Shown one piece after another: positions 1 through 8,543 of a DNA stretch of 64,000 nucleotides. The DNA is from Bacillota bacterium. GTDB lineage: Bacteria > Bacillota > Sulfobacillia > JACIYH01. Both the position numbers and the translations under genes were made by a program. The notes beneath the pieces were generated by a model. That model was not told the origin of the DNA. It made no database searches and saw only the letters and a list, made by a program, of their open reading frames with translations. Where the stretch lies: assembly GCA_030019365.1 (NCBI GenBank), contig JASEFA010000001.1:398953-462952 (forward strand). The letters are read 5' to 3'. Each line of letters opens with the position of its first letter. Within the stretch, counting starts at the first letter, position 1.

Positions 1-108
1 TCTCAGCCGCCGGGCGAGGATGTCGACGCTTACCCCCACCCCCAGCTCGCCCTCCAGGACCTGCAGGTTACCGTCCAGCTTCTTCTGCAGCTTCTGTTCC
101 CGATCCAT
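1..108 (-). CDS. 5' end of an unidentified gene that continues beyond the window start (MDREQKLQKKLDGNLQVLEGELGVGVSVDILARRLR...)
   Basis: ATG at 106-108 preceded by an AGGGG Shine-Dalgarno; lies 4 nt after the stop of the SpoVAEb-like gene; only 36 codons visible, family not recognised. Confidence 0.3.
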   Translation of the reverse strand, partial: MDREQKLQKKLDGNLQVLEGELGVGVSVDILARRLR

Positions 109-111
109 CCC

Positions 112-462
112 CTAGCCCCGGGGGTTGAACAGCACGCTCATCAGCCAGGCGAAGAGGATGGCGGCAGAAAGCCCCAGGGCGGTGGCCCGCAGGCCCCCGG
201 TGAGAAGACCCACCACACCCTTGTGGGCCACGTCCTCCGCTACTCCCTGCACCAGGGTGTGACCGAACCCCGCCAGGGGGATGCTGGCCCCCGCCCCCGC
301 TCTCTGCACCAGGGGGCCATACAGGCCCAGGGAGCTGGTCACCGCACCCAGGACGACGAAGAGCACCATGACATGGGCGGGCTGAATCTTGGCGAGATCC
401 AGGACGAGCTGGGCCAGGGCACACATGGCCCCTCCCACCAGGAAAGCCACCAGGACCTGCAC
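112..462 (-). CDS. SpoVAC/SpoVAEb-family sporulation membrane protein, 116 aa
   Basis: Small four-TM protein with clear similarity to the SpoVAC encoded at 5426-5881 (FLVGGAMCALAQLVLD, LAGFGHTLVQGV); size matches SpoVAEb. Confidence 0.7.
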   Translation of the reverse strand: MQVLVAFLVGGAMCALAQLVLDLAKIQPAHVMVLFVVLGAVTSSLGLYGPLVQRAGAGASIPLAGFGHTLVQGVAEDVAHKGVVGLLTGGLRATALGLSAAILFAWLMSVLFNPRG

Positions 463-495
463 GTGCCGTTCCCCTCCGGTGGCCTATTCTCCGCC

Positions 496-1749
496 CTACC
501 CGTGGTCCCTATGCATGGCCTTGGCCAGGGCGCCCACGTCGGGTGGGATGTGGATGGGCTCTCCCGCCGCCCGCATGGCGCCGGCCACGTCCTTGAGGCC
601 GTTTCCGGTGATGATGCCCACCACCACTTCGTTGCGGCCGACGATGCCCTCGCGCACGGCGCGGGCCAGGCCCGCGAACCCCGCTGCGGCCGCCGGCTCG
701 GCAAAGAGACCCCCGGTGGATCCCAGGAGCCGCATGGCCTCCAGGATCTCGCCGTCGCTGACGGTGATCATCTCGCCGCCGGATTTCTTTACTGCGCGCA
801 GGGCCTTCACCGGGTTGCGCGGCACCCCCACCGCGATGCTGTCCGCCATCGTCTCCTCCGGCTCGGGGACGATCTCTTCCCGGCCCGCCCGGTAGGCCCG
901 GTAGATGGGGGCGCACCCTTCCGCCTGCGCCCCCAGGAGGCGGGGCACCCGGTCGATGAGGCCGCACGCGGCCAGGTCCCCGAAGCCCTTCCCCACTCCC
1001 GCTATGGTGCAACCGTCGCCGACGGACACGACCACCCAGTCGGGGACCCGCCAGCCCATTTGTTCGGCGATCTCCAGGGATACTGTCTTCTTGCCCTCCA
1101 CCAGGTAGGGGTTGAGGGCGGCGTTGCGGTTGTACCACCCCCAGCGGCGGATTGCCTCCATGGAGAGGCGGAAGGCATCCTCATAGTTGCCCCTGACGCT
1201 CACCACCGTGGCCCCAAAAAGGAGCAGTTGGGCCAGCTTGCCCTTGGGAGCCCGCTCCGGCACGAAAATGTAGCTGGGGATGCCGGCCGAGGCGGCATTG
1301 CCGGCCAGGGACGACCCGGCATTGCCGGTGGAAGAGCAGGCGACGGCGGAGGCGCCCGCCTCCATCGCCTTCACCACCCCCAGAGCGGAGGCCCGGTCCT
1401 TGAGGGAGCAGGTGGGATTGAGCCCGTCGTCCTTGACGTAGACCTCCCTGAGACCCACCGCCCGCGCGTAGCGGTCCGCCCGGTACAGGGGGGTCCAGCC
1501 CACCCGCAGGGCGGGCCGGGGGGTGGATGGCTCGCAGGGAAGCAGGGGCAGGTAGCGCCACATGCTCAGGTCCCTGTCCGCAGCCAGGGTCTCCCGGGTC
1601 AGCCGGGACCGGACGTAATCGTAGTCGAAGAGGACGTCCAGGATGCCCTGTTCCCCGCAACGGAGACAGGTGTACGTCTCCGGCGTCGCTTCCTCCATGC
1701 CCCCACACAGGGTGCACTGCAACCCCACCACGTTTCCTCTCACGATCAT
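496..1749 (-). CDS. thrC: threonine synthase with N-terminal Cys4 zinc ribbon
   Basis: PLP-lysine motif SLKDR, glycine-rich loop STGNAGSS, length 417 aa; N-terminal CxxC...CxxC. Confidence 0.85.
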   Translation of the reverse strand: MIVRGNVVGLQCTLCGGMEEATPETYTCLRCGEQGILDVLFDYDYVRSRLTRETLAADRDLSMWRYLPLLPCEPSTPRPALRVGWTPLYRADRYARAVGLREVYVKDDGLNPTCSLKDRASALGVVKAMEAGASAVACSSTGNAGSSLAGNAASAGIPSYIFVPERAPKGKLAQLLLFGATVVSVRGNYEDAFRLSMEAIRRWGWYNRNAALNPYLVEGKKTVSLEIAEQMGWRVPDWVVVSVGDGCTIAGVGKGFGDLAACGLIDRVPRLLGAQAEGCAPIYRAYRAGREEIVPEPEETMADSIAVGVPRNPVKALRAVKKSGGEMITVSDGEILEAMRLLGSTGGLFAEPAAAAGFAGLARAVREGIVGRNEVVVGIITGNGLKDVAGAMRAAGEPIHIPPDVGALAKAMHRDHG

Positions 1750-1999
1750 ACCCCCAGTAAGCAGTTGTGAACCTGCTGCAGGCTGTTCAGCAGGCTAATT
1801 CAACGGCCCCATCCCGACTCCTCCCGCTCCGCCTCCTGCCCGCGGCGGCACGATGGGCCTGGCGTCGGGACGCACCCACCCCCGCCCGGACGGCACAGCC
1901 TCCCCCCGGGTGCGAGCAAGCAGGAAACCCGGTAGGCGCCCGCGAATCATACCGGCAATGCATATGCAGACCTGCATAAAGTGGGAGGGGGAGGAGAAA

Positions 2000-3364
2000 A
2001 TGAGCGCGCCGCCCACCCGAGTTATCATCATGGGGGCTGCCGGCCGGGACTTCCACGACTTCAACACCGTGTTCCGGGACGATCCCCGCTACCGGGTGGT
2101 GGCGTTCACCGCCACCCAGATCCCCGACATCGCCAACCGCAGTTATCCTCCCGAGCTGGCGGGCTCCCTGTACCCGGAGGGTATCCCCATCTACGCCGAA
2201 GAGGAGTTGCCCCGCCTGATCCGGGAAATGGAAGTTGCTGCGGTGGTCTTCTCGTACAGCGACGTCAGTCACCTGCATGTAATGCACCGGGCGTCCCTGG
2301 TGCTGGCCGCCGGTGCGGACTTCTGGCTCCTGGGGCCGCACCGCACCATGCTCCGGGCCCATCGCCCCGTGCTGGCCGTGGTGGCCGCCCGCACGGGATC
2401 GGGCAAGAGCCAGACCTCCCGCAAGCTGGTGGCTCTCCTGAGAGAGAGGGGATGGCGGGTGGTGGTGGTCCGTCATCCCATGCCGTACGGTGACCTGCGC
2501 CGCCAGGTGTGCCAGCGGTTCGCCTCCTACCGCGATCTGGAGGAATACAGGTGCACCATCGAGGAGCGGGAGGAGTACGAGCCCCACCTGGACCGGGGCG
2601 CCATCGTCTACGCGGGGGCGGACTACGCCCGCATCCTCCGCGCCGCCGAAGAGGAGGCGGACGTCATCCTCTGGGACGGTGGCAACAACGACCTCCCCTT
2701 CTTCCGGCCGGACTATGTGGTGTGCGTGGTGGACCCCCACCGCGCCGGCCACGAGATTTCCTATCATCCAGGCGAGACCAACGTGCGCCTGGCCCAGGCG
2801 GTGGTCATCAACAAGGTGGACACCGCCCGCCCCGAAGACGTGCTGGCCGTGCGCAACAACGTGGCGGCAGTGAACCCCGGGGCCCTCATCATCGAGGCCG
2901 CCTCTCCCGTGTTCGCGACCGACCCCGCGCTGGTGCGGGGTCGCCGGGTCCTGGTGGTGGAGGATGGGCCCAGCGTCACCCACGGGGAGATGCCTTACGG
3001 CGCGGGTACCGTGGCCGCCCGGCGCTGGGGAGCGGCGGAGCTGGTCGACCCCCGACCGTACGCGGTGGGTAGCATCAGAGAGGTCTACGAAAAGTACCCG
3101 CACCTGGAGCGGGTGCTGCCGGCCATGGGATACAGCCCCGGGCAGGTGCGGGAACTGGAAGCCACCATCAACGCCACCCCCGCCGACGTGGTCATCGTGG
3201 CAACCCCCATCGACCTGGGCCGGCTGATCACCATCGACAGGCCGGCCCTCCGGGTGAGGTACGAGCTCCAGGAAGTGGGCAAGCCGGACCTGGGCGATGT
3301 GGTCGCCCTTTTCGCGGACGTCTGCCTGACGTCCCCAGTGGGTCAGGCGGCGCCGGGGAAGTAG
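2000..3364 (+). CDS. P-loop GTPase of unknown function (COG2403-like, related to cyclic 2,3-diphosphoglycerate synthetase)
   Basis: Start moved to ATG 2000, which has a GGGGGAGGAG Shine-Dalgarno (track ORF begins at 1853); Walker A ARTGSGKS; family assignment is from memory. Confidence 0.55.
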   Translation: MSAPPTRVIIMGAAGRDFHDFNTVFRDDPRYRVVAFTATQIPDIANRSYPPELAGSLYPEGIPIYAEEELPRLIREMEVAAVVFSYSDVSHLHVMHRASLVLAAGADFWLLGPHRTMLRAHRPVLAVVAARTGSGKSQTSRKLVALLRERGWRVVVVRHPMPYGDLRRQVCQRFASYRDLEEYRCTIEEREEYEPHLDRGAIVYAGADYARILRAAEEEADVILWDGGNNDLPFFRPDYVVCVVDPHRAGHEISYHPGETNVRLAQAVVINKVDTARPEDVLAVRNNVAAVNPGALIIEAASPVFATDPALVRGRRVLVVEDGPSVTHGEMPYGAGTVAARRWGAAELVDPRPYAVGSIREVYEKYPHLERVLPAMGYSPGQVRELEATINATPADVVIVATPIDLGRLITIDRPALRVRYELQEVGKPDLGDVVALFADVCLTSPVGQAAPGK

Positions 3365-3777
3365 CGATCCAGCAGCCCCTTCAGAGCGCGGGCGTGGCGC
3401 GCTTCATCGCGGGAAGTCTCGTCGAAGAAGTCGTGGGCGGGATCCACGCCTGCCTCTTTGGCCCGCACGGCCGCTTCCCGCTTACCGCGGTTGGCCATCT
3501 GCTCACCGGCCAGCATCTTCTTGACGTTTTCGGCGGTGGAGTCCGAAATCATGCCGGCCAGCTCGGCGTAACCGGCCGCGTGCCAGGCCTCCTCCCGGGC
3601 GATGCGGACCAGAGCCTCGGCCACCTCGGGGTAACCCTCGCGATATGCCTGCCTGGCCATGGCCAGGTACAGCCCCACCTCCGAGGTTTCGCCGCGGAAG
3701 TTCTGGTCCACCGCTTCCTCGACCACCGTTCCCCTGGCCACCCCCAGCCTGACCTCGTTGATCAGATCCAGTGCCAT
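3343..3777 (-). CDS. rubrerythrin/ferritin-like di-iron protein (no rubredoxin domain)
   Basis: ExxH-type ferritin-like helices (EEAWHAAGYAE, DEARHARAL); 4 nt downstream of perR, operon-like. Confidence 0.65.
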   Translation of the reverse strand: MALDLINEVRLGVARGTVVEEAVDQNFRGETSEVGLYLAMARQAYREGYPEVAEALVRIAREEAWHAAGYAELAGMISDSTAENVKKMLAGEQMANRGKREAAVRAKEAGVDPAHDFFDETSRDEARHARALKGLLDRYFPGAA

Positions 3778-3780
3778 TCC

Positions 3781-4248
3781 TCAAACCTCCTCTCCGGTTT
3801 GCGGGGGTTTTCCCTCTTCCCGCCGGCAGGCGGGGCAGTAACCGTAGAAGCAGGAATCCTGGGCGCGGATGTCCCAGGCCGACCGGGCCGCCACCCGCTC
3901 TCCCAGCTCCCCGAGCAGGGCGTCCAGGTCGCCGTCGCAGTCGTCCACCCGCCCGCAACCCCGGCACACCAGGTGTACATGGGGAGCCACGTTGGCGTCA
4001 TAGCGGTAAACGTTGTCCTCCATGCTGATGCGGCGGAGCACTCCCGCATCCTCCAGGGAGTGCAGAGTCTGGTAGACGGTGTTCAGGCTCAGCCCGGGGT
4101 AGGCGGGCTTCAGCTCCCGGTACACCATCTCCGGGCTGGGGTGAGCCTTGCTCCCGCGCAGCAGGCGCAGGATGGACACCCGCTGCGGGGTGACGCGCAG
4201 GGCGGCCGACCTCAGAATGTCCTGCTCTGTCCCCGCCGCTCTCCTCAT
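3781..4248 (-). CDS. perR: Fur-family peroxide-responsive repressor
   Basis: Winged-helix N-terminus, HVHLVCRGCG and CFYGYCPAC zinc motifs; paired with a rubrerythrin gene. Confidence 0.75.
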   Translation of the reverse strand: MRRAAGTEQDILRSAALRVTPQRVSILRLLRGSKAHPSPEMVYRELKPAYPGLSLNTVYQTLHSLEDAGVLRRISMEDNVYRYDANVAPHVHLVCRGCGRVDDCDGDLDALLGELGERVAARSAWDIRAQDSCFYGYCPACRREEGKPPQTGEEV

Positions 4249-4272
4249 CCGGGATTACCCCCTCCGCAATAA

Positions 4273-4301
4273 ATACTACCTAGGAATAGATACCGTGTCA
4301 A
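4273..4301 (-). promoter_or_regulatory. sigma-A type promoter for perR-rubrerythrin (TTGACA-17 nt-TAGTAT)
   Basis: Read on the minus strand: TTGACAcggtatctattcctaggTAGTAT, about 25 nt upstream of the GGAGGGGG Shine-Dalgarno and perR ATG; AT-rich patch in a 70% GC background. Confidence 0.55.
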
Positions 4302-4377
4302 GGGGGGGTGGCGAAAAAGACGCCGGGCCCGCCACCGTCGGGGAAAGGTTAGACGGAAAGGACCAATTATCCTGTAA

Positions 4378-5391
4378 TCAGGCGGGGACTTCCACCGCCA
4401 CGGCGTGGGCGACCGCCGCGATCTCCTGCCCCTGCTTCCAGGAGGTGGGGCTGAAGAGGGCTCCGGTGGGAACCAGCAGCAGCCGCCTGATCTCCCCGGC
4501 CACCAGCCGGGGTACCAGGTAGGAGGTGAACACCACCGCCGAGCAGCCGCACCCCGACCCGCCCGCGTTGACCTGCTGGCGGTTGCGGTCGTAAACGAGG
4601 ATACCGCAGTCCACGAAGTTCTCGCCCAGTGCCAGGCCGCGGTCAGCGAGGAGCTTCCGGCAGATGGGGTGGCCCACCGCCCCCAGGTCGCCGGTGGCTA
4701 TGAGGTCGTAGTCGGCGGGCAGACGGCCCGTGTCCTGCAGGTGCTGCCAGATGGTTTCGGCGGCGGCAGGGGCCATGGCCGAGCCCAGGTCGGAAGGATC
4801 CTTCAAACCCATGGAGATCACCTTCCCCACGGTGGCGTGGGTGAGGCGGGGGCCGGGCCCAGAAAGTCCCAGCAGCACCGCCCCCGCCCCCGTCACCGTC
4901 CGCTGGGTGGTGGGGGGCCGCTGGACCCCCAGTTCGGTGGGGTAGCGATACTGCCTCTCGGCGGTGTCGTGGTGACTGGCGCAGGCCGTGAGCACGCAGC
5001 CGGCGAAGCCGCCGTCCAGGAGCATCCCCCCCAGCGCCAGCCCTTCGGCCAGGGTGGAGCAGGCCCCAAAGAGCCCCAGGAAGGGGACGCCCAGGGTCTG
5101 GGCGGAGAAGTTGGCGGTGATTATCTGGTTGAGCAGGTCCCCGGCCAGGAAGAAGTCCACCTCCCGGGGGCTCTTCCCCACCTTCTTGATGGCCAGGTCG
5201 CAGGCTTCCTCGCACAGGAGCTTCTCCGCCAGCTCCCACGACTTCTGCCCCAGCAGCCGGTCCTGCTTCACCACGTCGAAGTGCTGGCCGAGCGGTCCCT
5301 CACCTTCTTCCGGCCCGACCACGCTGGCCGTGCTCAGGATGATGGGTGGCTGCGCGAACGCCACCGTTTGCTGCCCCAGCCTCTTGGACAA
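4378..5391 (-). CDS. spoVAD: stage V sporulation protein AD
   Basis: 337 aa thiolase-like fold protein; immediately downstream of spoVAC. Confidence 0.85.
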   Translation of the reverse strand: MSKRLGQQTVAFAQPPIILSTASVVGPEEGEGPLGQHFDVVKQDRLLGQKSWELAEKLLCEEACDLAIKKVGKSPREVDFFLAGDLLNQIITANFSAQTLGVPFLGLFGACSTLAEGLALGGMLLDGGFAGCVLTACASHHDTAERQYRYPTELGVQRPPTTQRTVTGAGAVLLGLSGPGPRLTHATVGKVISMGLKDPSDLGSAMAPAAAETIWQHLQDTGRLPADYDLIATGDLGAVGHPICRKLLADRGLALGENFVDCGILVYDRNRQQVNAGGSGCGCSAVVFTSYLVPRLVAGEIRRLLLVPTGALFSPTSWKQGQEIAAVAHAVAVEVPA

Positions 5392-5425
5392 ACCGCTCTC
5401 CTCCCTCCCGCAGCGGTCCCCGCCC

Positions 5426-5881
5426 TCACGGGTGACCGGTGATCAGCCAGCGCAGGAGCACCACCAGCACCGCCGCCACCAGCCCGTAGACGATCACCGG
5501 ACCGGCTATGGTGAACAGCTTGGCCCCCACCCCCAGTACGTATCCCTCCCGCTTGTACTCTAGCGCCGGCGAAACCATGGAGTTGGCAAAGCCGGTGATG
5601 GGCAGGGCAGCCCCCATCCCCCCCACCCGGCCGATGACGTCATACACTCCCAGTCCGGTCAGGAGCGCGCCCCAGAAGACCATGAACCCGGATGTGGCTG
5701 CCAGGGCTTCCTTCTGGGGCATACCCCGGCCCAGGAGGTACGAGAGGAACAGCTGGGCCAGGGCACATATCGCGCCCCCGATCAGGAAGGCCAGCACCGT
5801 GTTTCTGAAGATGGGACGACGCGGCTGCATGGCCCGCGCCGTCTCCTGGTAGGCCTGCTGCGGAGACTTCCCCTGTACCAC
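5426..5881 (-). CDS. spoVAC: stage V sporulation protein AC
   Basis: 151 aa membrane protein of the SpoVAC family (FLIGGAICALAQLFLSYLL...). Confidence 0.85.
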   Translation of the reverse strand: MVQGKSPQQAYQETARAMQPRRPIFRNTVLAFLIGGAICALAQLFLSYLLGRGMPQKEALAATSGFMVFWGALLTGLGVYDVIGRVGGMGAALPITGFANSMVSPALEYKREGYVLGVGAKLFTIAGPVIVYGLVAAVLVVLLRWLITGHP

Positions 5882-5883
5882 GG

Positions 5884-6120
5884 TCAGGCCCCCGGTTCGA
5901 TGTTCCGCCTCTGATTGTCCACCACGAACGCGACCTTCACGTTGGCCCGGTACTCGGACACCTGCTGTCCCCGCACCTCCGCCGTCCAGTTGACCACCTC
6001 GACCCCGGTGATGTTCTTCACGGTACGGGCGGCCTCCGTCACCGCGTTCTGCACCGCTTCCTGAAAGCTACTGGGCGAGTTTCCCACCAGTTCCAGCACC
6101 TTGACCACGGGCACCTGCAT
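5884..6120 (-). CDS. dodecin-family flavin-binding protein
   Basis: 78 aa, VKVLELVGNSPSSFQEAVQNAV...NITGVEVVN...VSEYRANVKVAFVV matches the dodecin fold signature; track start overlaps the sigF 3' end by 53 nt. Confidence 0.55.
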   Translation of the reverse strand: MQVPVVKVLELVGNSPSSFQEAVQNAVTEAARTVKNITGVEVVNWTAEVRGQQVSEYRANVKVAFVVDNQRRNIEPGA

Positions 6121-6847
6121 CAGCCTCCTTCACGACCACTAGTTTGTGCCGGTCGCAGTCGCTGGTATGCCATGCCAGCATTTCGCGCAACCGGGCCAGG
6201 GCCCGCTGTTCCAGGCGGGAAACCTGGGGCTGGGAAATCCCCAGGCGAGTCGCCATCTCCTCCTGGGTGAGGTCCTCGAAGTAGCGCCCCCGGACGATGG
6301 CCTGCTCCCGCGGTTCCAGTCGCGCCAGGGCCAGGGCGAGGTCCAGGGTCTCCTCGTCGGGGGGGCCGCCGGCAGGCGGATCACCGGCCCGACTCGCGCC
6401 GCCGGGCGGGCCCCACCCCAACCGGGCGAGGGGTGCACCCTCCTCCAGGGAACGGGGCGGCAGGCAGGCTTCCTCGGCGGCCACCAGGTCGGCGGGCTCC
6501 ACCCCCAGGGCGGCCGCCACCTCCCCCAGGGAAGGTTCTGCTCCTTTTTCCTGGGCCAGCAGGGCGCGCACCTCCCGGGCCCGGGCCACCATCTCCCGGG
6601 TCGCCCCCGGCATCTTCACCCCTGTGGCCTCACGCAGGTGGCGTCGCATTTCTCCCAGGATGACGGGCACCGCATAGGTGGAAAAGGCCGTTCCCCGCGC
6701 CGGGTCATACCTTTTCCAGGCCTTGACCAGGCCCAGGCAACCCGCGGCGAACAGGTCTTCGCGCTCGGGTCCCCGCACCCCCAGCCGGTTGACCAGCGAC
6801 CACACAAGGGGGAAGTGGTTTTCGACCCCGGAGTCTTCCCGTTCCAC
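6068..6847 (-). CDS. sigF: sporulation sigma factor sigma-F (SpoIIAC)
   Basis: Sigma-70 regions 2-4 (DLFAAGCLGLVKAWKRYDP...YFEDLTQEEMATRLGISQPQVSRLEQRAL); follows spoIIAA-spoIIAB; GTG start; the C-terminal 35 aa look like read-through. Confidence 0.85.
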   Translation of the reverse strand: MEREDSGVENHFPLVWSLVNRLGVRGPEREDLFAAGCLGLVKAWKRYDPARGTAFSTYAVPVILGEMRRHLREATGVKMPGATREMVARAREVRALLAQEKGAEPSLGEVAAALGVEPADLVAAEEACLPPRSLEEGAPLARLGWGPPGGASRAGDPPAGGPPDEETLDLALALARLEPREQAIVRGRYFEDLTQEEMATRLGISQPQVSRLEQRALARLREMLAWHTSDCDRHKLVVVKEADAGARGQGAGTGGKLAQ

Positions 6848-6856
6848 GCTCCCCGC

Positions 6857-7291
6857 TCACCCCTGCTCGCGTCCCGGTCGCTTGATGAGGGACACGCGGG
6901 TGCCACGCCCGGGTTCTGACCACACCTCCACCTTGTCCATGAAAGATTCCATGAAGGTGAACCCTAGGCCCATGCGATCGGGATCGGTGGTGAAGCTGGC
7001 CTCGCGGGCCCGGGTCACGTCGACGATGCCCACTCCCCTGTCCTCCACCTCTACGGCCAGCTCCCCCGCGTCCACCCGGGCCCGCACCTTCACCGGGCCC
7101 CGCCCCCCCGGGTACGCGTGGACCACGGCATTGGTGACCGCCTCGGACACGGCCACCTTCACCTCCTCCAGTTCCGCCCAGGTGAATCCCAGCTGGGCGG
7201 CAAAGGAGGCCACCGCCACCCGCGCCACCCCCGCATTGGCGGGCAGAGAGAGGAACTCCATGTGCAGGTAGTTGTGGTCTCCCACTCCCAT
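6857..7291 (-). CDS. spoIIAB: anti-sigma-F factor, serine kinase SpoIIAB
   Basis: GHKL ATPase motifs (VSEAVTNAVVHAY, EDRGVGI); start set at the ATG that overlaps the spoIIAA stop (ATGA); track ORF extends to 7453. Confidence 0.8.
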   Translation of the reverse strand: MGVGDHNYLHMEFLSLPANAGVARVAVASFAAQLGFTWAELEEVKVAVSEAVTNAVVHAYPGGRGPVKVRARVDAGELAVEVEDRGVGIVDVTRAREASFTTDPDRMGLGFTFMESFMDKVEVWSEPGRGTRVSLIKRPGREQG

Positions 7292-7668
7292 CAGGCCACC
7301 TCCCCCCCGGTCTCGCCGCCCAGCGCTGCCAGGGCTTTGCGTTCGGAATCGAAAAGCGGGATGAGCCGGGACACCCCGGAAACTTCCAGCACCGCCTTCA
7401 CGCGTCCGCCCGCGCCCGCCGCCGCCATGCGGCCGCCCCGTTCCTGGAGCCACCGGTATCGGCCCAGGATGGCACCCAGACCGGTGCTGTCCAGGAAGGC
7501 CAGCTGCCGCAATGCCAGGACCACCACCCTCGCCCCCGAGTCGCGCACGGCCTGATCGGCCCTCTGGCGGAACGTCTCCGCGGTGTAGACATCGAGTTCA
7601 CCCGACAGACGCAGTACCAGCACCCGCCCCACGACTTCCTCCTTCACCTCAAGCCCGCATGCCGGCAA
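7291..7668 (-). CDS. spoIIAA: anti-sigma-F antagonist SpoIIAA (STAS domain)
   Basis: VLVLRLSGELDVYTAETFRQ...LAFLDSTGLGAILGRY with the phosphorylatable Ser. Confidence 0.8.
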   Translation of the reverse strand: MPACGLEVKEEVVGRVLVLRLSGELDVYTAETFRQRADQAVRDSGARVVVLALRQLAFLDSTGLGAILGRYRWLQERGGRMAAAGAGGRVKAVLEVSGVSRLIPLFDSERKALAALGGETGGEVA

Positions 7669-7727
7669 ACTGAAAATCCCCCCGGAGGGGGAGACTTCTC
7701 CTTCCGGAAAGTTTTTCCTTCCAGCAA

Positions 7728-8543
7728 CTAGGGCGCGTGCCCGGAGGGAGGCGGGGCAATGGGCTCGGGCCGGCTGTGGGGAAACGGCGAACGGGATAGG
7801 ATCACGATGTCCACACGCCGGTTGCGGGCCCGGTTGGCTTCGGAGTCGTTGGGGAACATGGGCTGGTACTCCCCATAGCCAACGGCCAGGAAGCGGCGGG
7901 GGTTCAGCCCGTGGCGGTCCACGAAGTAGCGGACCACGCTGGTTGCCCGGCGTACGGAAAGCTCCCAGTTGGTGGGGAAGATGGTGGTGTTGATGGGCAG
8001 GTCGTCCGTGGAGCCTTCCACGCTGACGTAGTTGGGCACGCGGGTGAGGGCGACAGCTACCCGGTCCAGGATGGCGGCGGCTTCCGGGCGGATGTCAGCT
8101 TTGCCCAGGTCAAAGAGTACTGCCCCGTACAGGCTGATCACCACTCCCCGCTCGGTGCGAAACACGGCACCCTGCCCCTCCAGACCCGTCTCGGCCAGGG
8201 CCTGCGCCACCTCCTCCCCCACTGCCTGCAGCGGCTCAGGGGGAGCCTCCGTCCCCTGCATGGGCAGATCGATGAAGGAGTTGCCCACCAGGGCGCCGCG
8301 CAGGCTGTATGCCAGGGCACGGTACTTCCCCACGTCCACGCTGGACATGGCGTACATCACGATGAAGAAGGCCATGAGCAGGGTGATGAGGTCGGCATAG
8401 GTGAGCAGCCACCGCATCATGCCGGTGGCGTCGTGACCGCCGCCTCCTGCCTCCCCACCCCGCCGGGGTCGCCTCAAGCCCCTTCCTCCCCCCTCCACCG
8501 GGGTCGCCTCAAGCCGCTTCCTCCCCTTGCACCGGGCGCGCAC
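7728..8543 (-). CDS. motB: MotB-like stator protein (OmpA-like peptidoglycan-binding C-terminus)
   Basis: WLLTYADLITLLMAFF plug/TM with the conserved Asp; OmpA-like C-terminal domain; start could be 8543 (overlaps motA) or ATG 8420. Confidence 0.7.
   Translation of the reverse strand: MRARCKGRKRLEATPVEGGGRGLRRPRRGGEAGGGGHDATGMMRWLLTYADLITLLMAFFIVMYAMSSVDVGKYRALAYSLRGALVGNSFIDLPMQGTEAPPEPLQAVGEEVAQALAETGLEGQGAVFRTERGVVISLYGAVLFDLGKADIRPEAAAILDRVAVALTRVPNYVSVEGSTDDLPINTTIFPTNWELSVRRATSVVRYFVDRHGLNPRRFLAVGYGEYQPMFPNDSEANRARNRRVDIVILSRSPFPHSRPEPIAPPPSGHAP

Noticed and set aside
223-1770. 515-aa plus-strand ORF antisense to thrC, and many similar long ORFs (12995-14794, 29663-31846, 31314-33656, 35044-36693, 44512-45480, 52372-53094 and others)
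   Set aside because: Arg/Gly/Pro-rich low-complexity translations typical of non-coding frames in 70% GC DNA; each overlaps a well-supported gene with recognisable motifs on the opposite strand or another frame
7669-7727. Sigma-H promoter for spoIIAA (AGGAAAAA -35-like box)
   Set aside because: No acceptable GAAT-type -10 at the right spacing; intergenic region only 59 bp; left unassigned
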